Notes under the pieces: generated by a model
Seen by the model: the letters and a program-made list of their open reading frames with translations, nothing else
What the model was told of the DNA's origin: nothing
The model's database searches: none
Program-made: the position numbers and the translations under genes
Shown here: in pieces, positions 28,728 to 43,437 of the stretch
Position numbering within the stretch: position 1 is the first letter of the stretch
How the letters are laid out: every line of letters begins with the position of its first letter
Source: Vicugna vicugna
Taxonomy: Eukaryota
Length of the DNA stretch: 64,000 nucleotides
NCBI GenBank assembly: GCA_013265495.1
Contig: MU058257.1
Coordinates: 1,505,262 to 1,569,261, forward strand
Reading direction: 5' to 3'

Positions 28728-31055
28728 CTAGAAGAATTGAAGAAAAACATAAATACAGACTGACCAAAGCCATCTTCAACACACAGGGACACAAAGCTTT
28801 ACTCTAAAGAGAAAATTGTTGGTTCTTCAAATCCACAAAATATACAGAAGGCGATTGTATTACCCTGCCTTCCACACTTTCACTGATGTGGTTATATTAT
28901 CTCGTGTGTGTGTTTAAAAAATTTTTTTCTAGATGTAAATTTTTACTTGCTCATTCACAGTACATCCTGAATTTATTATCTAGAGAAAAACAAATCTCAC
29001 CAAACTGTTTTTTTATTCCTGGCACTGTTTCTAATTTTGTTGTCTAATTTTCCCAACTAAATCTAAATTATAAGGCATATTATAATTTGATAGCTAGACC
29101 GGATAATAACGGTCTGAACCACAGTCTGAACCACAAGCATCACACCGTACAATATCACACAGGTTATAAATGGTTTTTTTTTCATGTATTATCGAGTTGC
29201 TTTTGTTACATAGATAGTTCTAAGACTGACTTATAAGAAAAAGATACTTATTGATAAAAGTATTTTGTTTTAGACACAGAATTTAAACAGACACCAGAAA
29301 CAGAGGGAAAGAGTTCTGTTAACTGGATTTAAGGATCATTTTAAATGCCCCCCTTTAAGTTCTCAGAATTTTATTCTTTTAAATCTTGACTAGCAGCTGC
29401 AACGTGAATAATAAAGTGACGGCCTACTGGCTAACCATCCAGAGTTAACCAAGAAGTTGTCACAGATTTTTCTCAATACTTTCTGGTAACTTCTAAGGTT
29501 TAATTTCATAATCAACTGGGGTTTATTTGGGTGTCTGGTGAGAAAAAGGAATCTGACCTTCTAAAGTGAATGGCTGACTGTTCTAGACATTGAGCAAACT
29601 GCTCTTTACCACAACTGGGAAATGCCGTCCTGAACACACGCGCACATACATGCGCACACACCAGGACTGCTTCCACCACTGCCGATGTGCTGAAATGACC
29701 TATTTGTCTATTCCTGTGACAGCATCATGCTATTTTAAGTATTTTGGCTTCACAGTACATTTTGCCATCATTACTGTCCTTTAAAATAGAATAAGTCATT
29801 CTTGTGCCCCATTTGATTTTTTAGAATCACTTTGTCTAATTTCCCCTACCACACACACACATACAGCATTGTGACTTTGTTTAACTATTACAGACTTATT
29901 GATTTGATGCGTGAAAAACTGAAAGCTATGAATTGTCCACAACCTAACCTTACAAATGTGTAATAGTCTCAAGGCAGTTTACTGATTTTCCTCTGAGGTC
30001 TGATTAGTCATCCATTTTTGTTAATTACGCAATATTCGAAAATAACATTTTGTTTATTAGGTTCAAAGTTGTCTGTGTGTGACTGTGTAATGAAAAACCA
30101 AATTATGTTATTAATAGTGTTAATTATGTTACTGAAATTCTTCATATCCTTTGTCTACCTAATATGACAAATTTTGGAAAAATACATATTAGCATCACCC
30201 ACTGTGGATGTGGTTTGTTGAATTTTCATTCTGCTCATAAGGGTGTGAGACCTGTATGTTTCTGTGCTTAATGAAGGCTTAAATGCCTAAAAAGACCCTG
30301 TTAGAATTTCTACTGGGCGGCATCAGGTATCAACGTGAAGCTCCATCCCTTTTCACCCCAGGCAGTGCGTCCACACCAGAGGTGAGTTCAGAGATGCAAT
30401 CCTCACGTCACCATGTCAGTGCTGCCTGCTGGAACTCAGCCTGCTCCTTTATCCTCAGCCGGTATTAGGATCTGTCTTCCAAACAGGACACAACTCTTTC
30501 TGCATTTTAATCTAAGCTCTGAGAACTTACTTCTGTTAAATAAGACTTAACCCCTTGCTAGATGTAAGTTACTAGGACAATGAATATGTTTAGCCAAATC
30601 GCTGCTGCATTTTGTCTTTCCTGTCTGTGATACATTTTTATTGTGCTTTTAGGCCTTCCCTAGTTTTTCTATGCTTGAATTGAGTTTTCTTCTTTACTTT
30701 CATTTTTATTGCCACTGATAACGTAGCACTTCACAATTCACGATGTCCTTTGTCTATTTAATGTCAAATCACTAAGTGCATCCCCTTTGGTCCCTCTCGT
30801 TATGCAGGTGATTGGGGAAAGCTGTTCATGTCTCTTCCTTACCCCTGTCTGATCAGAAATAAGCACAACGTATTCTCTGGGGCAGCAGTAATAAGTCGCC
30901 CTAAGGTAAGATCACTTGGGAATTTAATAAATCTGCGTAGTATCTACTGTGAGCCAGGAAAAGAGAGGACGAGTAACTTCACAATTAATTAGTACGAAGT
31001 TAGTTCCACGTGTCTTGCCAACATCTCTGCATTCTGCAAAAGACAAAGCTCTTAC

Positions 31056-31094
31056 CGTTTCTTTTGGAATCTGCATCTGCCTTGGCTCTGCATT
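31056..31094 (-). CDS. PARD3: PARD3 cassette exon 12 (39 nt, NAEPRQMQIPKET), duplicate copy that comes first in transcript order
   Basis: ttctag|AATGCAGAGCCAAGGCAGATGCAGATTCCAAAAGAAACG|gtaaga; human NAEPSQMQIPKET. Confidence 0.85.
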
Positions 31095-33256
31095 CTAGAA
31101 GAACTGAAGAAAAACATACATACAGATGGACCAAAGCCATCTTCAACACACAGGGACACAAAGCTTTACTCTAAAGAGAAAATTGTTGGTTCTTCAAATC
31201 CACAAAATATACAGAAGGCGATTGTATTACCCTGCCTTCCACACTTTCACTGATGTGGTTATATTATCTCGTGTGTGTGTTGAAAAAATTTTTTTCTAGA
31301 TGTAAATTTTTACTTGCTCATTCACAGTACATCCTGAATTTATTATCTAGAGAAAAACAAATCTCACCAAACTGTTTTTTTATTCCTGGCACTGTTTCTA
31401 ATTTTGTTGTCTAATTTTCCCAACTAAATCTAAATTATAAGGCATATTATAATTTGATAGCTAGACCGGATAATAACGGTCTGAACCACAGTCTGAACCA
31501 CAAGCATCACACCGTACAATATCACACAGGTTATAAATGGTTTTTTTTTCACGTATTATCGAGTTGCTTTTGTTACATAGATAGTTCTAAGACTGACTTA
31601 TAAGAAAAAGATACTTATTGATAAAAGTATTTTGTTTTAGACACAGAATTTAAACAGACACCCGAAACAGAGGGAAAGAGTTCTGTTAACTGGATTTAAA
31701 GATCATTTTAAATGCCCCCCTTTAAGTTCTCAGAATTTTATTCTTTTAAATCTTGACTAGCAGCTGCAACGTGAATAATAAAGTGACGGCCTACTGGCTC
31801 ACTCCTTAATGAAAAGCTCACAAGCAATAAATTAAAGAACCAAGAGGGAAAAAAAGGAGGCAGCAGAAGGGAAAGACAGAAGCCTGGAAGATCAAAATTG
31901 GACCAGAAGAACCTGAATAACCCTAAGCAGGCTTGATGCTGGCACAGAGCTGCTGGGGAAAGGCTGCAGCGTCCTGGTGCTGGCAGCCCAGCGACGCCAG
32001 CCAGCACCCAGCCCCGGACCGCGGGAGGGGCTGAGCCTCGTCGAATCACAGCGAAGGCTGCGTGTTTTTTTTTTTTTTAAGTGCTCATTTACAATTTAAT
32101 AGAGACAATTCCAGATTTAGGATCAGGTGGCATTTTAAACACAAAATTGGATAACAGTGGGGGGAAAATGGAAAACGGAATTTAAATGAAGAAATAATGC
32201 ATTAAACATTTTTAAATAGAAAGAAATAAAGAAGTTTTTGTATTTCTTCAAAATCTACTTAAAACACTAGTGTTCACTTTTCAGCCCTATACTGAAATTT
32301 CCATGAAATCACAGTAAATTGTAAATGTGCGTGTAACCAAGGGATGGGGTAGTCCTATGACTAAAATTTCTCTGTTTTATAATAAAAGGCAATTTTTATT
32401 AACCATTACACATCCACACTTGAAGTATTAGCCTAAGAGAACTGGGCTGTTGGACAAATTTGGGAACTGTGTCCCAAAAACCTACCCACTCCAGTATATA
32501 CAGATCAATTGTCATTTAGATAAAACTAAAAGCTATCTGAAAGACACATCAAATGTTCAAAAATGACCCAAGTAGAGATCTGTTTTGAACTAATTAAAAT
32601 ACAACTTGTACTTGAAGGAAAACCGTTTTCTTACATCAAAACAAAAGATAAAGGCGATTCCTCCAATTGTATTATTTTTACGTATAAATGAAGCTTACAG
32701 CTTTTTGCAGAAGAGTGTGCAAGAGAACTATGTCTATTTTATACACATATTTCACTCGCACCAATACTATGTAAATCCCCCATCGAACAGATATATTGAC
32801 AGATGTATAGAAGGTGAAACAGGCTGCAAACAAATGCTTTTTCATTTTCATCTCATTTATGTCGTTCCAAATAATGTCTGTATTAGTAATCAGTGGCCCT
32901 GGGGCTTACTGAATCTCGGGCCTTTTAATTTCCAATGATGTTATTTAATTAAGGCCCTCCTTTTCATACAACGGTAAGCAAGCATCTTTATTTGGCTGCA
33001 CGTACTACGGAAACTCGAAACGGGAAAATGTGTCGTATGTAATAAACATGGCAGGCTTTCAACATTAGCCTTTGAAGTGACACTTATGAAATAACCAACG
33101 TCTCTGTATTCGATCAGCCCAACTGAAAGTGCTCGGAGTAACACCTGCTGTCCCAGAAGACACCCCTGCGATCAGGTTTTCAAACCCTCCCGCACTCAGC
33201 ATTGTGGACATCTATTTCCAAAACGGAGGGAAAATGAGAAAAGCATGCTTGTCTTA

Positions 33257-33520
<264 letters not shown>

Positions 33521-34737
33521 CTAAAACACAGAAAAAGTTGTCAGCTGCAGTGCCACGCGAACAGGTGACTGAAGACAAGACTCCTCTGGGCACGGATCGC
33601 ATCTGCTACAGGTCAGAACTCACTTTGTGGTAAATTCAGCCCTGATCTGGTCACCGCCAGGCTGTGGGAGCCACTGAACAAATGCAGGCCAGGTGCGCAG
33701 ACACCCGGGGTGGCAGCAAGTCCTCGTGCCTGTCTGTGAGCCCAACAGCCACCAGTGCTCACCAGTGACCCGTGATACTGATGCATCTCAAACCCAAGTT
33801 CATGCAAAACCTACTGGCCGTGAGCTCAGATACACTGATGGCCTTGTGAATGCAAGGTTTTCTCACACAAAATTAAAAAAGTGCCCCCTTTGATGGGGAG
33901 TGGTAAAAACACACTAAAAATATTTTGGTAAAAATATTTTAGCTCTCATTGAAATTTTAAAAATTGTAATTTTTCATTCCTAAAGAGCAAATACTGAAGA
34001 AGAATCACTACAAAATAATAATATTTCTGGAGGGCTGGCAGTATTCCAGCTCAATATTTTTCAATTTTAAGAGGATTTTTTAAGGAGTTAGAGTTTTAAG
34101 AGAATTCTAGCAGGACATGAGAGATCCGAAACAACCGATTCTCGTCACTTTTGTAGAAAGTGTAACAACAGGATCAGCAAACACTACATACGTAAGAGAA
34201 ATGAGAGTGGAAATTTATTTCAAAAAAGAATTCTCTGTCACTCCCTTGACACAAAAATAACATTTGTCTAAGGCAACTAAGTATATTATTTACATCATAA
34301 TAGCAAAATCTTCCTGCAGTTAAAGTATTCTGAAACCTTTCCCCTCCTAACAACCGCTTATACAGCCCCTTCATGTATTACTATGAGGGACTGCAGGGAA
34401 AAGGTTCATAATAACAGGCTCAAAAGAGAGCAAAACTTTCTAGATCATTAAAAAAAAAAAACTAGTTACTTGTTACTTTTTATAATGTAGGCTTCCACAT
34501 AGCCAGAGACTCAGGAAAGCTTTCTGCCCACAGAACATGGCACAGATACAGCCACAGGTGACACTGGAAAGGGAGGATTAAAACACACCCGAGAGCGACA
34601 GAAAATAAAGCCTAGCTGTGAAGAGGGACAGGCCACCGGCCTTCCCTTCCTCAAAGAGCAGAGCAGAAGTTGTCAACGTGTTGCAAGGAATGTGATTCTG
34701 TGATGAAAGAGAAAGGAAAGATACAGTGACTCCCCTC

Positions 34738-34811
34738 GGAGGGATGGGGTGATGTGGGGGGGGCGCGATAGGGAGGGGGTGATGCGGGGCGATGCAGGGG
34801 GGAGGAGGGGG
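34738..34811 (+). repeat. G-rich low-complexity tract, G-quadruplex-capable
   Basis: More than four runs of 3 or more G with short loops. Confidence 0.6.
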
Positions 34812-35848
34812 ACAAAAGGCCAGACTTGTCCTGGATTTACAGGCAAAGATGCCTGGGCTCACATATCAGCTGCAGCTCTCCCTGAAGCAGCAGGCTGCTG
34901 CTGAAAACTGGGACCAATGCTCCCCATTTACCGCCCAAGGACAAGAGGCCCTTTCTGGAAACAATACCCTAAATACACTTTGCACTCAAATCTTTCCTTT
35001 CATTCAGTCCAGGTTGGCTTCCCTTTAAAACACAGTATCACACGAACAAAACAAAGAGGAAAGAGTAAGAACTAAGGAATCTAGGTCCCAACATGTAGAC
35101 ATGGAGAAAATCTGGAAGCTACTCCTTTGTTCCATTACTTTCCAAGAAACCTGTAGGAGAGCTGGGGCGGAAAGATCAAAGCCACACGTGAAACTGCAAG
35201 TTAAGGAAAGAGGCCGATGCCGTCGGAACGCTGGTCTCCGACGCTGCTCACCACGGGGGACACCGTCCCTGCTGGTAAGAATGCAGACTGTGTTTTCTGA
35301 AGAAAACACTAAGAAAAACCACAAACAAGGTCTACTCCTTCTCAGCCTTTCTCCTCTATATTTCCATACGTACAACATTCATGCCAACAGAAATCACGTG
35401 ACTTTCTGTACAGCAGAGAGCCTCAAAGACCAACGGACCGAGACCCAGTCTACAGAGGCATGGTAAGGCAATTTTGGAGAACTATTTCTTGTTTTTCCTG
35501 ACATTTGATTTTTATTTCTCAATCCATTCCCCACGCTGGCCTTTCAACATCGCCTCGTGCCCTCACCCAGACACACTGTTTTCCTTTAACTTCATTTGTC
35601 TCTGTTCTGACTCCCCAGCAGATAACATTTCTCCATTGCCAGACATGAATTTAAAGCCATCCAGAAATGTAATCTAATAGACACTGGACTTACATCACGA
35701 CAGAGCGTTATGTTATCTCATAAACCAAATGTTCGAGTAACTAAAAATTTATGGGTAAACTAAATGAGAAGCCATTTCTCATCAAGTAAGTTGGAAACAT
35801 AGAAAAGAGAAGCAGGAATACACTGTTTTCAGATGCATCCTTCTGTTA

Positions 35849-36175
<327 letters not shown>

Positions 36176-39100
36176 TTATGAATACTCTCTACCTCAACCT
36201 GACGCTTTGTAACTTTCACACTGGCCTACGTTGCTTTTAATACTTTAAAAACTGTAATAAACCTTTTGAAATAGACTGAATTATTATGGAAGGTTTAAAT
36301 GGTATATATAAATATATGTATACATATATATCAAAATTCATTAGCCTAAGAAGAAATGGTAACCTAGACAAAAGCAGAAGAAAGTAAAAGACGACGTGAA
36401 TGTTTTTAAGTTGGTCTAAAACTTTGATTATGAAAATACACAATTTCTATATGCAAAAAAAAAAAACCTTCTGTTAAAACCCATAGTACCTCCTGTACAA
36501 GTGTTACAGTGCAGTAACGGACCCACATCTGAAGGGCAGGAGGTGGGCCAGGGGCGAGGACACGGGCCGGGAGATGGGACAGAAACAGAGATACGAGGAC
36601 CCTTTCCAGATGCAGAATACAGAGTCTCCCCAAACTCTCATTATCACAGCAATTTACCGATTAATTGATAGGATAAATCATATTTTCTTTGCCTAGTTTT
36701 CTTCTAATTCACCTAAATCTGACCATGTTTATTTCTCAAAAAAAAGGTGAGCTGGAGGCATACTGCCCAGTGAAGACCCCCATCTCGGTCTGAGGGTCAT
36801 CATACATGACGTTTAAAGGTCTTGAAATTAAGGAGCATTTACAGACTGTGCTGGTGGGTATGATTTCAGTTCCAGGTTCACCAGCAGCTTTCCTGACAGG
36901 TGCTCTTATGAGGCTCAATACAGTGAAAAGAGGTTATGTCACTAGAACCAACGCACACTAAGCCAGAAGGAGCCAAGGAAAAAAAATGCAACAATAATGA
37001 CAAATTTCTACTGAACCACAGAATTTTTATAATGCTTCTAATAATGATTAATTTCTACCAGAGCTTTGTAAAAAGTTACTTTCTAAGATACTAGGTTCCA
37101 TGCCAGTTAAAATGGTATCAGGACAAACACTGGCTCAAGACTAGAAGAAAAAGACATGTAAAGGTGAAAAATCTACACAAGAATTCATTAATTTGATGCA
37201 GCACTCAGTTAAAAAACTGTAAGGCTATGATTCTATCAGTAAACACACATGGGCAAATAAACATGAATAAAAATGTGGGTTAAAGAAGAAACATGAAGCA
37301 CAAGTGAAGAAAACACAATAATTATACTGGTAACAAAACCTACTGTAAATATTTTTAAGTTTAAACACAACGTTCGTTTACTTCAAGTCTGAAATCACTT
37401 TAACGCGCCTGGGCTGTTACTGTCTGAAGTCTTCCGTGAAGACCTGAATGGCATGTTGTCTATATGAGATTTTCCTAATTATTCTGCTGGGACTTTCCCA
37501 TATGTCTCTGTGCTTTCATGAAACTCTAATGACTTGCAATAACGTTTATTAAGGAAGAATTCTAAATTGCTTTCCTTTTGCAATATTAATTTGTACGAAC
37601 TACAAAGACTGATTGTTCTATGAACCTCAATACTATTAAAACAGCAGCAATAGCCCCTAAATCTGTAAGCGAAAAGTGCAGGCAGTGACCTTTAAAAGGA
37701 AGATAAATAGATATCAATTTTCATTTAGCAAAGCCAACAGAACATTCTGCACTGACTGAAATATATTATCGACCTTCTCCTCTGACTTCATTAAAAAGTT
37801 AATTTCTACAAAAGAGCAGGGGATTTGGGAATGCCAAGATGACAATAAATATTAAGAAGTCATAATTATGGAAGCAAGTACATAAGGGCACTCTCTTCCG
37901 ACAGGTTACCTGACGTAGTTCCAAACTTATGCCAAAGAAGCATGACCACAAAGGCTTCCTTTTGGTTTTAGGATAGATCTCAGTTTACGAAGAACCTGTC
38001 ACTCAACTCATGTCATTCACTTTGCACTGAATTTAAAGTTTCACACTGACAAACCCTGCGTTTCTGACATCCTTCACTGAAACTGTTACATGTAACAATA
38101 ATAACTGATAAAAATATTATCTGGTAACTATAGTGAAAGCTTGTTCAACTTCATACAGTCATTACTATTAAAACATCTATATTTGGTACAAGTCAAAGGC
38201 AGTCAGCATCGTCCTCCCTCTTGTTTACAGTAAACACTATTTTTTTAATATAAAATCTGTGTGAGTATTGGCAGAAAACACAGGCAGTTTCCTGCCTTTT
38301 GTCAGACATTCTCACAGTTAATAAATTAAAATCAAGACAGACCTCTGAGGCTCGGTATTGTTTAGAGCACTCAAGGTCAGAAAAATGTTTAAAAGAAAAC
38401 CATTACTTCTACTTTTCTTATGCTGGTTGAGCGCAGTCTTTCTAAATTAGTTGCTATAAAACACAATCATGCCTTTTTAAATGCTATTAAAGTAAAACTA
38501 CTAATTTCTGTATTAAAAAGAGTAATTCTTTTAATGGCAAAATTTCACTTCATTTTAAAATTTCATATATCATAAGGTGCTAAAATGTAACGATTGTGTG
38601 GAAAACTGTAATTCAATAGTGAATATGCCTGTATCAGAGTAAAAAGGCAGAGATATTTACGAAGTAATATCTTCATGACGATGGAAAATATTCTCTTTGT
38701 TGGAGATCCTGAGCATAATTTTATTTTTTATACAACATCTATTTGTCTGTCTTGATATGCTTTTGCGTAAAACCTAGGTCCTGTCATTTGAGCGGAGAAA
38801 AGGGAAGAAAGACGCTCTGCTATTCCTCTGATTCAGGCGTTAACAAAGCTAAAAGGGGTTGAAGCTGACCTGACCACATTTGTAAGGGGTTTCCAGGGTG
38901 GACTGAGGCTGTCCAGTCCTGATCAGGTCAGCCAAGTGTTTGGAGCTCAAACAGCCAGCAACCAGAAAGAATCTATGGTTCACATAAAGTTTCGAAAAAG
39001 TAGGATTCAGAGAAGAAACAGGAATCTGACAGTCGACAATGTGATGAACCGCACCCCAGACGGCAGGAAGGCTGGTCTCAAAGCCAGGAGATGGAAAGGA

Positions 39101-39354
39101 CTCCAGTGAGAATCTGGGGCCGGCAGCCCTGACCTGAGGACTCACTCAGCCCCTCTTGGGTTCACCCCCACCTACCTGAGGGGCTGGGCGAGCGCGTAAA
39201 GGAGGAGCACTCTTCACAATGATGCTATTTTCAAAGACATGATTTAAAATACACATAAAAATGGTCAGCTGAAATGGACGACTAATGGCCACAGGGTATC
39301 TCAGTGGGGGGGGGGGCAGGGGCTGGAGGTCAGAAGGTCAAGGCTAGCGGTCTG

Positions 39355-39479
39355 CTGGGTTTCCGGGGGGGTAGGGGTGGGCAGCACAGGCTATGGGAAG
39401 AGGACCCTTAAACAGAACTGGCTTTCCTGGGGGGTAGGGGTGGGCAGCACAGGCTATGGGAAGAGGACCCTTAAACAGA
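39355..39479. repeat. 63-bp tandem duplication (2 copies)
   Basis: ggggggtaggggtgggcagcacaggctatgggaagaggacccttaaacaga occurs twice, offset 63. Confidence 0.93.
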
Positions 39480-39844
39480 CCCACAGATGTGAGGTGCTCG
39501 TAATAAAGTATCAGCGAGGCCCACCACGCCCCCGACCTGGAGAAGGGGAAGCAAGGCCCAACGGGGAGAGCAGGAGGCCAGGGGCCCATGGCCCAGCTTC
39601 CCTGTGTCTCACCACGAAGCCACCCTTCCCATCCCCAAGGGACGCAGTGACGGGGGAGCCTCTGCGTCCTCTTTGAGGGCCGCCTGTGCACGGCAGGTGG
39701 GGGATCCACACAGTCGAAGCCTCCCTATGGCTCTGGGCTTGACGGTAACATCCTGAAACTGATCAGAAGTGGGACTGCAGTAGGACTTGCTGCCTTTTAC
39801 ACAGAAACATAATTATTTGTTTCTTTATATACTTTTGAACTTTT

Positions 39845-39985
39845 TCTGATTTTTTTTATTTACCGTGTAGTGTTAAGTTTCCAGTGCACAGCCCAGTGAC
39901 TCAGTTATACATAGTATACAATCTTTTTCATTACAGGTTACTACAAGTCATTGAACATCGTTCCCTGTGCTGGACAGTAGGCCCT
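39845..39985 (-). mobile_element. L1 3'-UTR end fragment
   Basis: T-rich end then gtgactcagttatacat...ttacaggttactacaag...gttccctgtgctggacagtagg, typical of artiodactyl L1 3' ends. Confidence 0.65.
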
Positions 39986-40164
39986 GAAGCCTTAATACTG
40001 GAACTTCTATATTTCAATTTTCATACAGCAAAATGAGTCTGAAAAGCATAAAAAATAGTTTTAAATACTTTTTAAAGAAGGGGTTCTATCAGTTCCTTCA
40101 CGTGACAATGAGAGGACTGAGGGCGCCTGGGGAGGGCGGGCTGACATCTGAGACAAGCTCCCTG

Positions 40165-40838
<674 letters not shown>

Positions 40839-41843
40839 TCAGCACCTGAAGGCTAGTGGGCCTCCCTGAACAACAATCAGGCTCTGCTGAGGCCGGACAC
40901 AAATTCTGATAAAAGTCTGCGAGGTCTGGTGGTGGCAGGGCAGCCTCTCCAAATACAAATCTCTCACTCTCTAAATAAAGGTCACAAGATCTCCACGAAC
41001 ACACGGAAAACACTGGGCCCTCACCTGTGACTCATTAACCCTCACTGTGCCCTTAAGCACAAGAGGTGTTATCACTCCAGTGTGAACAGAAATTAAACCG
41101 AGCCTTCTTTCTACAACATTGCCCACTACACCTGCTAAGAATCATACAATACTTCCCTATCAGGGGACCAAATGAGTTTTCAAAGAACTAGATTTAAAAA
41201 TAGAAAACTATAGAAAGCGACTCTCCATTATTTATCAGAAAAACCCACCCACGCCTGTGCACGCAAGCATCTCGGGAGCGCAGGTGCAGCCTCAGCGACT
41301 CAAAACATAAAGGGGTGTTGGTCCCCAGGCCACCCCACAAGCAGCTGAGGAGCTGTTCCGTCTCATCTGGGTCCCTGCTCGGGTCTTAAACTGTGTGCTC
41401 ATCATTTCTGCTCATTCTTGCCTTGCTTTATACGAACTGGACAATTTTTATCTTTTTGACTGAGTAAGGGCTGGAGCCAGGATGAGGAAAATCCGACTGG
41501 ACAACATGGTTCCGAGGAGCTCTGTCTGCCTGTTTGTCCTGAGAGACAGTATATGCAAAAAAGTTGAAAACGGGAGTAAAAAGTCTAATGAAAAACAGTA
41601 ACCCGGTGAATTTTCCCAAAGGCGAGGATGTGGCCCAAGCGTAAGGCCTAACCTGGGCCCGTGGCATTTTAAGAAGTGCTGTATCATCAGTCAGAGGGCA
41701 TTTGGAAAAAGTCTCATGGCCGTGAGTACCTGCAGTTTGATTAAACTGTCAAAAGCCAGATAATGGCGGGAGACGCCCCTCCATAGCACGAAGGCAAGAT
41801 GGCAGATGCGGGGTCCGAGGCCCCAGCGCACAGCACACACTTA

Positions 41844-42029
<186 letters not shown>

Positions 42030-43412
42030 CTAATGCAGGTGTCACGTTTACAAAGGCTGCCCAACGAAGGGGTGCCTTAGAGCGCTATTCATACGTTTTA
42101 AAACAACACCAACACAAAAGCCCCGACAGTGTAAGTGGTGTGCAGGAGGGGATCCTCCCGGTACACGTGGGCGATCGTCTCTGGCTGGTCTGGTCGTGCT
42201 ACGCTTCTGGAACAAACGCACGGTTCTCTCTGCTTCAGACTGCTTCGAGCAGAGCTGGCCTGCCGCGGCCTGCAGTACGGACGGTGTGTCGTAGTGGATG
42301 GCTGTGGCGGTGTCCTGCTCTAAGCCAGCGGGGACACTGTGGACGGCAGCCCCGTCTTTCCGTGCAAGGACAGGGAAGGAGGAGGAGCCGACCTGACCAC
42401 ACGGTAGACAGGAGAAGGAAAACCGGAAAGACTTCCAAAGTAGAAGTCTCCACCCTTGGCATCTGAGTCTGAAAGGGACTCGTGCTCTGAACTTCAGAAC
42501 CAGCCAGGTCCCCAAAAGCCAGCCATCATTCCCATCTGAAGAAACTGGAGGACGCTGGTGACAAGCGCCGGCACCGCCAGTTACCACTCACCTCTTCAAC
42601 ACGCACTCAAACCTCAGTGGGGGACAAAAGCCTGAATGGACTTGTAGAGACCAAGATGGAGGGAACAAAGAAGCAAACGTCACAAATGTCCTGGCCTAGA
42701 ACGCTGACCCCCTGGCGGACAGGAAGGAAGCTCCTCTCACCCCGGGACAGCCAGCCAACGCCACGCATGACGACAGCGTTCTGAGGAGGGGGGATCTTCC
42801 CTTAGTGCCAACGCCCTGACTTCCTCGCTGGTTAGCATGTATTCTGAATCACGTTAAAAGTTTTATGAGCGTGTCCAAAGCTTGCATTTTCTTTTATAAT
42901 CCTAATATTTACAGATCAACAAAAATGCCCACATAGACAGAATTAGAATTTAGAGTGCTGCCTAAGTTAAAGCTGAAGACACGATTCCCAGTTGCCTGTG
43001 TACCCCATGCAGCGAAATACACTCCGTTCCCTGGACGGGCTTTGCAGGAGAAAGATGCTCCAACAGGAAGCTGCCTTCCTCTTTCAGATCTCACTCCCCG
43101 TTACTGTTCCTCATTCGGACCCCTCATCCCTACCCCTGCTGGAAGCCCCAGGAAGATGGGGGTCGGGGGGCAGCAGCAGTACCTGCCCCAGCCCCCAGCA
43201 AGCAATGGGGTCTTGACAAGTGACAGCTGCATGAGTGGGGGACTGAGTTTAGCTGAAGCAAACAAGTCTCAAATTTATAATAAGCTTTTTGCAAAATAGA
43301 ATCAGTGAGGCAAGATCTAGATTCGGATCCTATTTTTTCAAGACAGTGTCATTTATACCAAATACAGGACTTCACTGAAATGAACTGAATTGAAGCAAAG
43401 GTCCATTGATTT

Positions 43413-43437
43413 TGTGTGTGTGTGTGTGTGTGTGTGT
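43413..43437. repeat. (TG)n microsatellite
   Basis: Read directly. Confidence 0.9.

Larger units (their letters stand above)
27059..31802. repeat. Tandem duplication, two ~2.37-kb units (27059-29429 and 29430-31802), ~99% identical
   Basis: Direct comparison of the copies; identical ORFs at 27219/29590 and 27916/30283; offset 2371, then 2367 after a 4-nt indel. Confidence 0.97.

Noticed and set aside
27219..30468. Pairs of identical short ORFs (64 aa, 61 aa)
   Set aside because: By-products of the tandem duplication in intronic DNA; no protein-family signature.
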